The position numbers and the translations under genes were made by a program. Source: Promethearchaeota archaeon (GTDB lineage: Archaea; Asgardarchaeota; Lokiarchaeia; Sigyniarchaeales; SOKP01). Taken from it: DNA of 27,370 nt. Under the pieces are notes generated by a model. That model worked only from the letters and a program-made list of their open reading frames with translations. It searched no databases and was not told the origin of the DNA. Every line of letters starts with the position of its first letter. Position 1 is the first letter of the stretch. The stretch is from positions 1 to 27,370 of the forward strand of contig JAEOTP010000041.1 of NCBI GenBank assembly GCA_016839765.1. The letters are read 5' to 3'. Below are positions 8,999-17,492 of the stretch, in pieces.

Positions 8999-10693
8999 CT
9001 AATCTTTAATCACCTTAGATGTATTAGTAAATACCATAAAAGTTAAAGGATCGGCTCTATCTATAAAATCAATTAAATTTCTACTTATTTTATCTGCCCA
9101 AGGATCCATTAGTTTAACAAGTGCTAAATATACTGGTTCTAAAATAACAGATATTTTTTTCAAGAAATTATTAGCTGAACGTGAAAAGGGTAATAAAATC
9201 CATTTAATTAATCTCTTTAGGTGTAGAAACAGTTTTATAATTGAATCAATTGAAAAAATACCAAATTTAAATACTTTTTCTTTAAATTTTGGGCGTTTAA
9301 CATTCTTATTCAGAATATTTTTAGGTTTTGAATAATCATAGGATTCATGTAGCCAATTTTGATAATATCTGAAATACATTTTAATCCATTTTACAATAAT
9401 TCCTGGATCTTTTTTTATGTAAGAAAACAAGACTTTTAGTAATGGGGTAGTAAAATGAGTTAATGCACCTAATCCCCAGCCATTATGGATATATTTCTTT
9501 AATTTTTTCTCATCATGTTGTTCTTGAGCAAATCTTAGGTTATAACGATTTTTCCCTGATATCGACCACTGAATTATTGGATGAGATTTAACTCTATCAT
9601 TATATTCTTTTAGAATTTTTTTAGAAAAATCATTATATTTAATGGCTTTAATTGCAACCTCGGCAGCAATTTCAGCAGAAAACCAAGCTGCAGGTACACC
9701 ATCACAAAGTTCCGTACTTTCAAGTCCAGCTGCATCCCCTATAAGGATCATTCCGTCAGTATAAATTGGTAAATCTTTTAGTTTTTTATCCAATCCGACA
9801 TAAATTTCAAAACCTTCCCACATTCTCGCTCTTAATTTAATATAGGGTTCTACTTGGTTCTTCCACCAATTTAATTTTGAAATAATGTTTTTATGATATA
9901 AATAAAATAATTTTTTAAGATTGGGGACGTGATCCCCAATTTTTAAGCATTGATCTTGCATAAAATGTAAACTATTTCTATAAGGCCACACCATTAACCC
10001 ATTCCCATATCCTAATGGTGGTGCAATTTTTTGCTCGTCAAAAGCCCAACACATCTTCACAGAATATCCAAATACTCTATCTATTATTTTTTTAGGCATT
10101 TCATAATCATATGTATCAGCAAGTGAGATGGTTTCGGGAGGATATTTTTTTCTCATTCCTGCTTTTACAGCAAGTAACCCTTGTGAACCTTCAGCATCAA
10201 TTACAATTTTACACCTAATTTTATCTCCTTTATCAGTAATTATCCCTTTAATTACATCATTTTCTTTGATTACATCTATTACTGTAGTTGAAGTTCGTAA
10301 CTCAACTCCTGCTTCTATTGCTTTATTAGTCTCCCACTCACAAAAAGGTTTACAATAAGTATGATAACCAAATGCAATTATAGGTCCTAAAGGTTTAGGA
10401 ATTTTTAGAGAATCATCAATTTCTATATCATTTATATCAATGTCCTTTATAATATAATTTACTATACCATCCGCAGGTCTTTCGAAAGGTGGATTTCCAT
10501 CTCTAATGAAATCAGGTCCAAACAAGAACCCATAAAAAGGTATCGTTAAACCTGATATAACTTTTTCTCCAACATTTTCAGACCTCTCAATCATTAAGGT
10601 TTTTAATCCCGCATTAGCGCACAATTTTGCTGCTATAGGACCACCAAACCCTGCACCTATAACAATGACATCGTATTGATTATTCAAAATCAA
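8999..10693 (-). CDS. FAD-dependent oxidoreductase, FixC/geranylgeranyl-reductase family, with C-terminal extension
   Basis: YDVIVIGAGFGG Rossmann motif, IDAEG, ILIGDAAG; coupled to the downstream ferredoxin. Confidence 0.85.
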   Translation of the reverse strand: MILNNQYDVIVIGAGFGGPIAAKLCANAGLKTLMIERSENVGEKVISGLTIPFYGFLFGPDFIRDGNPPFERPADGIVNYIIKDIDINDIEIDDSLKIPKPLGPIIAFGYHTYCKPFCEWETNKAIEAGVELRTSTTVIDVIKENDVIKGIITDKGDKIRCKIVIDAEGSQGLLAVKAGMRKKYPPETISLADTYDYEMPKKIIDRVFGYSVKMCWAFDEQKIAPPLGYGNGLMVWPYRNSLHFMQDQCLKIGDHVPNLKKLFYLYHKNIISKLNWWKNQVEPYIKLRARMWEGFEIYVGLDKKLKDLPIYTDGMILIGDAAGLESTELCDGVPAAWFSAEIAAEVAIKAIKYNDFSKKILKEYNDRVKSHPIIQWSISGKNRYNLRFAQEQHDEKKLKKYIHNGWGLGALTHFTTPLLKVLFSYIKKDPGIIVKWIKMYFRYYQNWLHESYDYSKPKNILNKNVKRPKFKEKVFKFGIFSIDSIIKLFLHLKRLIKWILLPFSRSANNFLKKISVILEPVYLALVKLMDPWADKISRNLIDFIDRADPLTFMVFTNTSKVIKD

Positions 10694-10834
10694 ATCCCAA
10701 TTAAATCAAAAATTATTTATATCTTCTCTCTCATTGAATTTAAACTTTAGATCTCTGACCATAAGAAAAAAATATTTATGTATATAAAATCAAAATCAAT
10801 TCCGAATAAAAAAGGAATTCCAAAAATACAATCC

Positions 10835-11575
10835 CTATTCTATTTCATATCCAATTTTTATTGTAATAGAAATAGATTCGTCAAATGCTTGTCCCTCAAT
10901 AAAACATGCACAAGATAATTCTTTGGATTTGAATAATTCGATAAAATAACCCAACCAATATTTAGAATATCGTTTATCCTGTCTATGATGAAATAACATA
11001 TGATATTCATCTTCACTTTCTTTAGTTATATCAATTTTATAGAAATAATTAGCAACAACCCAGATTTTTTGAATAGTTTTCATAATTTCTTCTATTGTAA
11101 GATGTTTTAACTGACGTGAATTATTATACCACATAATTATATCTAATGAAACATTCCTTTTATGTGGCATTTCCACAGCTTTTTTTGGTTCTTCTGCCGC
11201 AGCTATCAACTGATTAAAAGTTGTCTTACCGATTAGCATCATTTTCATTTCTTCGCGAAGGCGTAAGAATAAATCTCTATCAAGATCTTTTTGGTCTCCA
11301 TAAAATTGAATTGCCTTCTGCAAAAATGATACAATGCTCTCATTCTCTTCTTTATGTTTATTTATTACGGCTTGTATCTCAGGAGCCATCGCATTATATT
11401 CATCATACATTTTTATAGCATTAGCAATTAAGTTTGAGATTGTCATTCCTTTTTCATCTCTGTATTTATCAATAATGGTTCGAGTTTCATCTGAAACCTT
11501 TACATATATAGGTTTATCTTTAGTTTCATCAATTTTTTCTTCATCATTTTTCTCTGTTTCATTGCTTTTTGCCAT
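10835..11575 (-). CDS. Ribbon-helix-helix regulator with C-terminal alpha/beta (V4R/NitrOD-like) domain
   Basis: KPIYVKVSDETRTIIDKYRDEKGMTISNLIANAIKMY fits an RHH. The C-terminus has FHH...YSKYWLGYFIELF. ATG 11575 or GTG 11584 could be the start. Confidence 0.7.
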   Translation of the reverse strand: MAKSNETEKNDEEKIDETKDKPIYVKVSDETRTIIDKYRDEKGMTISNLIANAIKMYDEYNAMAPEIQAVINKHKEENESIVSFLQKAIQFYGDQKDLDRDLFLRLREEMKMMLIGKTTFNQLIAAAEEPKKAVEMPHKRNVSLDIIMWYNNSRQLKHLTIEEIMKTIQKIWVVANYFYKIDITKESEDEYHMLFHHRQDKRYSKYWLGYFIELFKSKELSCACFIEGQAFDESISITIKIGYEIE

Positions 11576-11925
11576 AATAATCACAATTTGTATTCTTAAA
11601 CCTCGATTAAATTTAGTGATATCTAAAAAATATAATTCTTATTCAAATATATATTATTTTATATTAATAAAAATTGCTCTCATAAAAAAATAATAATAAA
11701 GGAGCAGTAAAACTATCTTATAGATATATATATTTATATCTGCTATTTAAAAGGAATTTGTATATACATATCTATATTGAAATATTTATTCTATATATTA
11801 CTTTATAAAGTCTTTAAATCATTTTTGTAAATTAAAGTCTTGAAACGAAACTTTTAAATATACACTTGTATAATAATATATTGAAAAATAGTTGGATATA
11901 TTAAAATATATAAAAAGAGGTAAAA

Positions 11926-12306
11926 ATGCATCAAAGGAATTCCGCTGCTGGAATAGTTATATGCTTAATTAGTTTCGTATTATTCGGATTGTTTTTCGGT
12001 TTACGACCCCTTGTAGGTTTTTCATTTTTTCCAATGTTTCCCGCGATTTTCATTTTTATATTTATTATAATAGCAGCAGCAACGAGCGTTGAAAATTCAA
12101 AAAATAGACATAAGAATTATTATAATAACCAAGACTACTCTCAGGCACCCTTAAAAAATCCTTATATTATACAAAATACGAGAAAAATAGAGATCCAAGA
12201 AGATACAAAAGAAATAATTCGAGCCCAGTATTGCCAATATTGTGGAGTAAAAATTGACAGAGATGCGAACTATTGCCATAATTGTGGAACTAATTTATCC
12301 GAATAA
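11926..12306 (+). CDS. Two-TM membrane protein with C-terminal double zinc ribbon
   Basis: Hydrophobic N-half, YCQYCG...YCHNCGTNL, SD-like GAGGT upstream. Confidence 0.85.
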   Translation: MHQRNSAAGIVICLISFVLFGLFFGLRPLVGFSFFPMFPAIFIFIFIIIAAATSVENSKNRHKNYYNNQDYSQAPLKNPYIIQNTRKIEIQEDTKEIIRAQYCQYCGVKIDRDANYCHNCGTNLSE

Positions 12307-12364
12307 TTTTTTTTTGTATTAAAAAAATAAAATAAATAATATTATAGGTGACGATTGAAAAAAA

Positions 12365-13195
12365 ATGAAAAAGAATTGCCACATATTTGGAATAGTATTA
12401 ATTGTTATGATATTATTTCCTGGCATGGCATATCTTTTCACAAATACAATTTCTGATATTAAGTTTAATGGCAAAAATCATAGGGAATTAACTTCGGGAT
12501 TAAAGTCTAGTGTATCAGGCAGTTTAAACTTACCATATAATGATTATTATACTTATTACTGGTTTGCAGCAAATAAAATTGAATGGAATTTTACAGGAGA
12601 ACCAATAAATATCTCCATATTTCTCTTAATTATGGATGAAAACACTTATTATTATTCATTCATAAATGATACGATAAATTACGGTCTTAATATTACATTG
12701 TATTATTTATATTTTGATTATATTGTTTCAATGAATACCTCAAGTAATTCTGGAACCTATTTTCCGCCTCATCCTGATTATTGGTATATAGTATTTGTTA
12801 ATTTTGATGTGATACACCAATCAACTACTATTATCAACTTTAATATTGATTTCGATCCCTATGATCCTGATCCTAATTACGAGATATTCCCTTCATTTTC
12901 TCTTTTAAATATTTTCTTTATCATTTTCGCAAGTTTGATTGGTACAATGATTATTTTAATGATTTATATAGGAGTTAAGAAAAGATATAGTGCTTATAAA
13001 TCCCCTATGATATCACCATATTCAAATAGACCAAAAACACAACCAAAAAAGCCTTATATAGGACAACTTAAGGAGCATCCAATTAAAATAACAGAGCGAA
13101 CAGATTTACCCAAACCTAAATATTGTCCATATTGTGGAGCACCAAGAGATATAGATGCAATATATTGCCACCAATGTGGTAGTAAATTGGAATAA
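12365..13195 (+). CDS. Single-pass membrane protein: signal/TM, extracellular beta-sandwich (GOLD-like?), TM, Pro-rich linker, double zinc ribbon
   Basis: IEWNF...IFLLIMDE...SGTYFPP..DYWYIVFVN, then a TM segment, then YCPYCG...YCHQCGSKL. Confidence 0.85.
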   Translation: MKKNCHIFGIVLIVMILFPGMAYLFTNTISDIKFNGKNHRELTSGLKSSVSGSLNLPYNDYYTYYWFAANKIEWNFTGEPINISIFLLIMDENTYYYSFINDTINYGLNITLYYLYFDYIVSMNTSSNSGTYFPPHPDYWYIVFVNFDVIHQSTTIINFNIDFDPYDPDPNYEIFPSFSLLNIFFIIFASLIGTMIILMIYIGVKKRYSAYKSPMISPYSNRPKTQPKKPYIGQLKEHPIKITERTDLPKPKYCPYCGAPRDIDAIYCHQCGSKLE

Positions 13196-13235
13196 TAAAA
13201 TTTTAAAAATTAAAAAAAGAATAGGAAGAGTAAAA

Positions 13236-14264
13236 ATGGATTTATATGATATTTTTTTTAATATATGTCTAGGCCTGTTTATTGGAGGCATTATATTTTC
13301 AATTATTTCGGTATTCCTTGCACATATGGAAGCACAATCAGGAGGCGCCGAAGTTGATACAGACGTGGATATTGACGCAGAAATAGATGTCGACATCGAT
13401 GTTGATGTTGATGTGGACGTCGATATTGATGTAGATTTAGATGTTGATGTGGATTTAGATGTAGGGGCGGAGTTTGATGTTGATGCTGTAGATGTTGATG
13501 CAGATTTGGATGTGGGGGTAGATATTGATGCAGAAGTGGATGTTGAACTAGACATCGATACAGATGTGGATGTTGACATCGATTCTGATATAGATGTGGA
13601 TACAGATGCCATTGGAACTACCACTACCCCCGCTCCTATTTTGTTATTAATTTCAGCGTATCTTTTAGTCTTTGGTATGACAGGCATCCTTTTTAGTAGC
13701 ATACCGATTGATTATCGATTTATCACATTCATAATTACACCTATAGTAGCTTATATTTCTGCCAAATATCTAAATGTAGCTTGGAAAAAAATCGCAAAAT
13801 CAAAATACTATAAAATTTCTAGCACCCAAAATTTAATTGGTAAGGAAGCTGAGGTTGTTTTACCTGTGGATAAAAGGGGAGGTGTAGTAAGGATAAATTC
13901 TAACACACCCATGAAATATGAGAAAGTCCATGTAAAACCTGTAAATAGTGAGCATTACTTTGATAGAGGAACTAAAGTGTATATTGTTGATGTAAAGGAT
14001 GATTTTCTATTAGTTGATATTAATAAAAAGATAATTAAAAATAAAAAAAAAAAGGAGGTGGTAATAGAAGTGAGCATGAGTGAGAGTGTTTCTGAGGAAA
14101 AGCAAAAGGATATAGTTTACTTTCATGGAAAGAATATTAATTCAAAGAAATTTCAAAAACGAATTCATAAAAAAGCCAGCTTAATTCGTGCCATTTTGAT
14201 TAATACCACGATTATTATAACATCTATACTTATCATATGGGTATGCATAATGTTTACTGGGTAG
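13236..14264 (+). CDS. NfeD/YqiJ-like flotillin partner with long Asp-Val repeat and an extra C-terminal TM module
   Basis: N-terminal TM, acidic repeat, two TMs, then an OB-fold (LIGKEAEVVLPV...GGVVRI...GTKVYIVDV). It lies directly upstream of the SPFH gene. ATG 13236 is preferred over 13155, which overlaps the previous gene. Confidence 0.85.
   Translation: MDLYDIFFNICLGLFIGGIIFSIISVFLAHMEAQSGGAEVDTDVDIDAEIDVDIDVDVDVDVDIDVDLDVDVDLDVGAEFDVDAVDVDADLDVGVDIDAEVDVELDIDTDVDVDIDSDIDVDTDAIGTTTTPAPILLLISAYLLVFGMTGILFSSIPIDYRFITFIITPIVAYISAKYLNVAWKKIAKSKYYKISSTQNLIGKEAEVVLPVDKRGGVVRINSNTPMKYEKVHVKPVNSEHYFDRGTKVYIVDVKDDFLLVDINKKIIKNKKKKEVVIEVSMSESVSEEKQKDIVYFHGKNINSKKFQKRIHKKASLIRAILINTTIIITSILIIWVCIMFTG
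13350..13607 (+). repeat. 86-codon (D/E-hydrophobic)n dipeptide repeat
   Basis: EVDTDVDIDAEIDVDIDVDVDVDVDIDVDLDVDVDLD...; degenerate GATGTN hexamers. Confidence 0.95.
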
Positions 14265-14375
14265 CGAAATCCATAAGTATAGAATGTTTTCAAAATTTAG
14301 TTTGAAATCCAAATCTAAACAAAAAATAAAGAAATTGTAAGTTAATTACATAATTGGAGGTTAAAGAGAGAAAAA

Positions 14376-15551
14376 ATGTTATTTCAAGAGTTTTCTGGAT
14401 TAATAATCGGTATAGTTGTAACTTGTTGTATAATATTGTTTTTATTCATAATATTTCTTGCAGCAAGATATAGGAAATTCAAAACGAACCAATTTGTTAT
14501 TCATTTACGAAATGGTAAGGTTAAGTCGGCTGGATTGGGCGGTAGCCTTTGGCTCCTTCCTTTAATTGACGAATATATTGTAATTCCAACTACAAGCATT
14601 CAAACCGTCGTTGAAGCGCACGAACAGGTCGTTTCAAGCGAATACCAGAATATAGAAATTGAGGGTTTGCTGATTTGGAAGGTAATTGACCCTGAAAAGG
14701 CTTTTAGTGCAGTTTCTTGGAATATGAGAGATGAAAACTACGTAGAAAAAATACTCAAGGGTGCAACTGAAGCGATCATACGTACTACATGTGCTAATAT
14801 GCCACTGGAAAAGATTATTAGAGAACGAAGAGAAATAATTGATCACCTTGAGAAAGATTTACATGAATTAACAGCTGACTGGGGTATAGTAATCGAATCC
14901 TTAGAAATAATAGAAGTTATTATTGTAGAAACAGAACTAAAAAAAAATATGGAAGCGACTAAGAAAGCAGAAGAATTTAGAAAAGCAAGGATTGCAAAAG
15001 CAGAAGCAGAAAGAGAATCTCGGTTACGTGAATTAGAAGTCTCCAATGAAGTGGGAACTCAAGAGCAAATGGTTCAACGTGAAATTGAATTGAGAAGGAA
15101 GGATAAAGAGATTGCAATTGCACAACAAGAGAGAGAACGTAAAAAAATCGAAGCAGACGGTGAAAGACTGAAGAAAGTTATCGAAGCAGAAGCCGATGCA
15201 TCTGCAATTAAAAAGAGGTTGATAGCTCAAGCTGAAGGTGAGGCTGAAAATATTAAGCGGCAAATGTTAGCTCAAGCTGAAGGGTTTCAAAAACAAGTAG
15301 AAGCCATGAGTGCAGCAGATCAAAGATTCCTAGCAGTACAATTAACAAATATTTTACCTGAGATATTCAAGAATCTAAGCCCGGATAAAATGTTCATAAT
15401 GGGAAATGGGGATGAAGCTTTCAGTAGTCTTTCAAAGGCAATTTTACCATTCTTACAACTATTACCTGAATATTCTGATAAGATAAAAAATTTCCTTGGC
15501 AATGGAAATCTCTCGAACATCAAGGAGTTATTAGTTCAGAAAGAGCATTAA
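14376..15551 (+). CDS. Flotillin-like SPFH/band-7 protein
   Basis: N-terminal TM, SPFH domain (WKVIDPEKAF, IRTTCANMPLEKIIRER, WGIVIESLEI), Ala/Glu-rich coiled coil (AEAE, AEGEA), SD GGAGGT. Confidence 0.93.
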   Translation: MLFQEFSGLIIGIVVTCCIILFLFIIFLAARYRKFKTNQFVIHLRNGKVKSAGLGGSLWLLPLIDEYIVIPTTSIQTVVEAHEQVVSSEYQNIEIEGLLIWKVIDPEKAFSAVSWNMRDENYVEKILKGATEAIIRTTCANMPLEKIIRERREIIDHLEKDLHELTADWGIVIESLEIIEVIIVETELKKNMEATKKAEEFRKARIAKAEAERESRLRELEVSNEVGTQEQMVQREIELRRKDKEIAIAQQERERKKIEADGERLKKVIEAEADASAIKKRLIAQAEGEAENIKRQMLAQAEGFQKQVEAMSAADQRFLAVQLTNILPEIFKNLSPDKMFIMGNGDEAFSSLSKAILPFLQLLPEYSDKIKNFLGNGNLSNIKELLVQKEH

Positions 15552-15638
15552 ATTAATTTTTTTTTTATTTAAATTTCGTTTTTATTATAAAAATCAAGTA
15601 GAGAATTCTATTAAAATTGAATTAAGGTTGAAATAAAA

Positions 15639-16556
15639 ATGATTGATATTAAGGAAATATTGTTAGAGGGAAATAATAGATATCAGTGGAAAATTATACA
15701 AGGCACAGAAAAATTAGGAAATAATAAAAAACAAAATAACCCTCTATTATTTTTAACCTGTATGGATCGTCGCATTGACGTTCATCGTATATTTCAATTA
15801 AATCCTGGAGATGCTTTTATTTTAAGAAATGCAGGGAACATATATACTGAAGACGTTCTGCGATCTATTTTAATTGCGATTCATGAATATAATATTAAAT
15901 ATATTATCGTATTAGGGCATTTAGATTGTGGTATGCCTAAAATTCATTTAAGTAGGTTGAGAAACAAATTATCTAAACCTGCCTTAGCAAAAATATGTCG
16001 AAATGGGACAAATATAGAATTAAATCTTCAGAGGTTTTTTAAAATATTCATTGATGAACTTAAAAATATAAATAATCAAATAGATTGGCTAAAATCAGTA
16101 AAAGAAATTCCTTCATCTGTACAAATTATTGGATTATTATATGATCCTAATTCAGGATGGGTCTTTCATCCACAAGAATTTGGACAATATCAATTTATTC
16201 AAAATTTCATGCATGATTATAAAAAAATCATTGAAAAAAAAAGAATTGACTTAATTGATTATTTTGAGTCTATAGAAGAAGAAATTATTGGAGAATCCAT
16301 TGAGGAATCCATAGAAGAACCATCTAAGTTAATAGGAGATCTTTCTGTTAGTGAAAAAGAATTAGTACAAAGGGATCAGATTGAGGACAATGTTCAAAAA
16401 AGAACAAAGGTGAATTTAATTAAAAATGAGAAACAGATAACAGAAGTTTATCAAACTACTCCATTATCTATTCCAAAAATAAAAATTCCTAAAATATATG
16501 TTCCAAATATGAAAGTTAAAATCCCAAAAATTTATGGGATTGGAACAAAAAATTAA
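15639..16556 (+). CDS. Beta-class carbonic anhydrase with acidic linker and IPKI-repeat tail
   Basis: Zn-ligand/dyad motifs LTCMDRR, LRNAGN, VLGHLDCG, and GLLYD. Confidence 0.9.
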   Translation: MIDIKEILLEGNNRYQWKIIQGTEKLGNNKKQNNPLLFLTCMDRRIDVHRIFQLNPGDAFILRNAGNIYTEDVLRSILIAIHEYNIKYIIVLGHLDCGMPKIHLSRLRNKLSKPALAKICRNGTNIELNLQRFFKIFIDELKNINNQIDWLKSVKEIPSSVQIIGLLYDPNSGWVFHPQEFGQYQFIQNFMHDYKKIIEKKRIDLIDYFESIEEEIIGESIEESIEEPSKLIGDLSVSEKELVQRDQIEDNVQKRTKVNLIKNEKQITEVYQTTPLSIPKIKIPKIYVPNMKVKIPKIYGIGTKN

Positions 16557-16720
16557 AAGATTACAAGTTTAAAAAAATAATAAAAAAAAATTTTTTTCTT
16601 TTTTTTATCGCTATTTTTGATTAAGATAAATTTTTCAACGAAATATTTGCTTAATTTTAAAGATTAAAAAAATTTTTAATTTAATAATTATTAGTAAGAT
16701 TATTAGATAATTTATTACAC

Positions 16721-16823
16721 GCCTCGGTGGCTTAGCTGGTAGATAAAATAGCATTTAGCAACTTTAGCTAAGAGCATTGCCTTGGTAAGGCAAAGGTCGC
16801 GGGTTCAAATCCCGCCCGAGGCT
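16721..16823 (+). tRNA. tRNA-Thr(GGT) with a 30-nt D-arm intron (16743-16772, position ~22/23)
   Basis: Acceptor GCCTCGG/CCGAGGC, anticodon arm TTGCC-TTGGTAA-GGCAA, T arm GCGGG-TTCAAAT-CCCGC. Intron removal gives a 73-nt tRNA with the standard AGCTGGTAGAGC D arm. Confidence 0.95.
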
Positions 16824-16833
16824 TTGATACGAT

Positions 16834-16969
16834 GCCGGTGTGGCTTAGCTGGTTATAAAGCATTTGAAATATTCGTATGCTTAATAGGCGCCAGACTCAT
16901 AATCCTTCTGAAGAATTGGGTCAGACAGATGATCTCTGGAGGTCGTGGGCTCAAATCCCACCACCGGCA
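16834..16969 (+). tRNA. tRNA-Met(CAT), elongator type, with two introns (16858-16887 in D arm; 16903-16934 in anticodon arm)
   Basis: Acceptor GCCGGTG/CACCGGC, anticodon arm CCAGA-CTCATAA-TCTGG after splicing, T arm GTGGG-CTCAAAT-CCCAC. The mature length is 74 nt. G1-C72 and no three G-C anticodon-stem pairs argue against an initiator. Confidence 0.9.
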
Positions 16970-16970
16970 C

Positions 16971-16983
16971 TTTTTTCCTTTTT
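16971..16983 (+). terminator. Oligo-T terminator after the tRNA pair
   Basis: ttttttccttttt just after tRNA-Met; typical archaeal U-tract. Confidence 0.55.
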
Positions 16984-17027
16984 AATAGTTTTATTGCCTT
17001 CTTTACTACACAAATTGGTAAAAGAAA

Positions 17028-17492
17028 TTATTTACTTCTTCTTTTTTTAGCACTTTCTTGAAATTCGAGATATACTCCCAAAAGATCTAAAGTGTCAAAA
17101 TACAGTACATTAACAATTCCAGTTGTTCCTTCATGCACGATTTCAAATCCCTTATCTAAAAATAGTTCTCTAATTGGCGCTAATTCCTTTACAAATATGC
17201 CATAATGATGAAGCCCCTCTTTTCCTGCGTTGATAAATTCACTGAAAATACAATCTCCTTCAATTAACTGAATTAATTCAATTTGAAGGCCTACACCTTT
17301 ACTAAGAGCAATAAGATTCCAGTATTTTGTATCTTTACCTCTATATTTATATGTGCCTTGAAATTTGTTTTCAAAATAGGCAAACTTAGGCACTCCTAGT
17401 CTAAATTCTAAGAGATTGGCCTGATTTTTAATATCTTTATAGATATATCCTAGTTGAGTAATTTTATATTCTCCTAAATTAACATTCAACAT
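17028..17492 (-). CDS. VOC family protein (methylmalonyl-CoA epimerase-like)
   Basis: ITQLGYIYKDI, QIELIQ, EFI..GKEGLHHYG, YFDT...LGVYLEF. Confidence 0.88.
   Translation of the reverse strand: MLNVNLGEYKITQLGYIYKDIKNQANLLEFRLGVPKFAYFENKFQGTYKYRGKDTKYWNLIALSKGVGLQIELIQLIEGDCIFSEFINAGKEGLHHYGIFVKELAPIRELFLDKGFEIVHEGTTGIVNVLYFDTLDLLGVYLEFQESAKKRRSK

Noticed and set aside
10128-11693. Plus-strand ORFs 10128-10358, 11221-11418 and 11334-11693
   Set aside because: Antisense shadows of the flavoprotein and RHH genes.
11700-11900. AT palindromes and TATA-like boxes in the divergent intergenic region
   Set aside because: Indistinguishable from background at this AT content; no specific site can be supported.
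13106-13702. 198-aa Ser/Thr-rich minus-strand ORF
   Set aside because: Antisense shadow of the Asp-Val repeat (GATGTN reads as S/T on the other strand).
16834-16969. Assignment as initiator Met or Ile2 (agmatidine) tRNA
   Set aside because: It lacks A1-U72 and the GGG/CCC anticodon stem, and the GCC acceptor start and D arm fit archaeal elongator Met. Ile2 is less likely but not formally excluded without a covariance model.
16782-16985. 67-aa ORF MVRQRSRVQIPP...
   Set aside because: Overlaps the two tRNA genes; a typical tRNA-derived spurious ORF.
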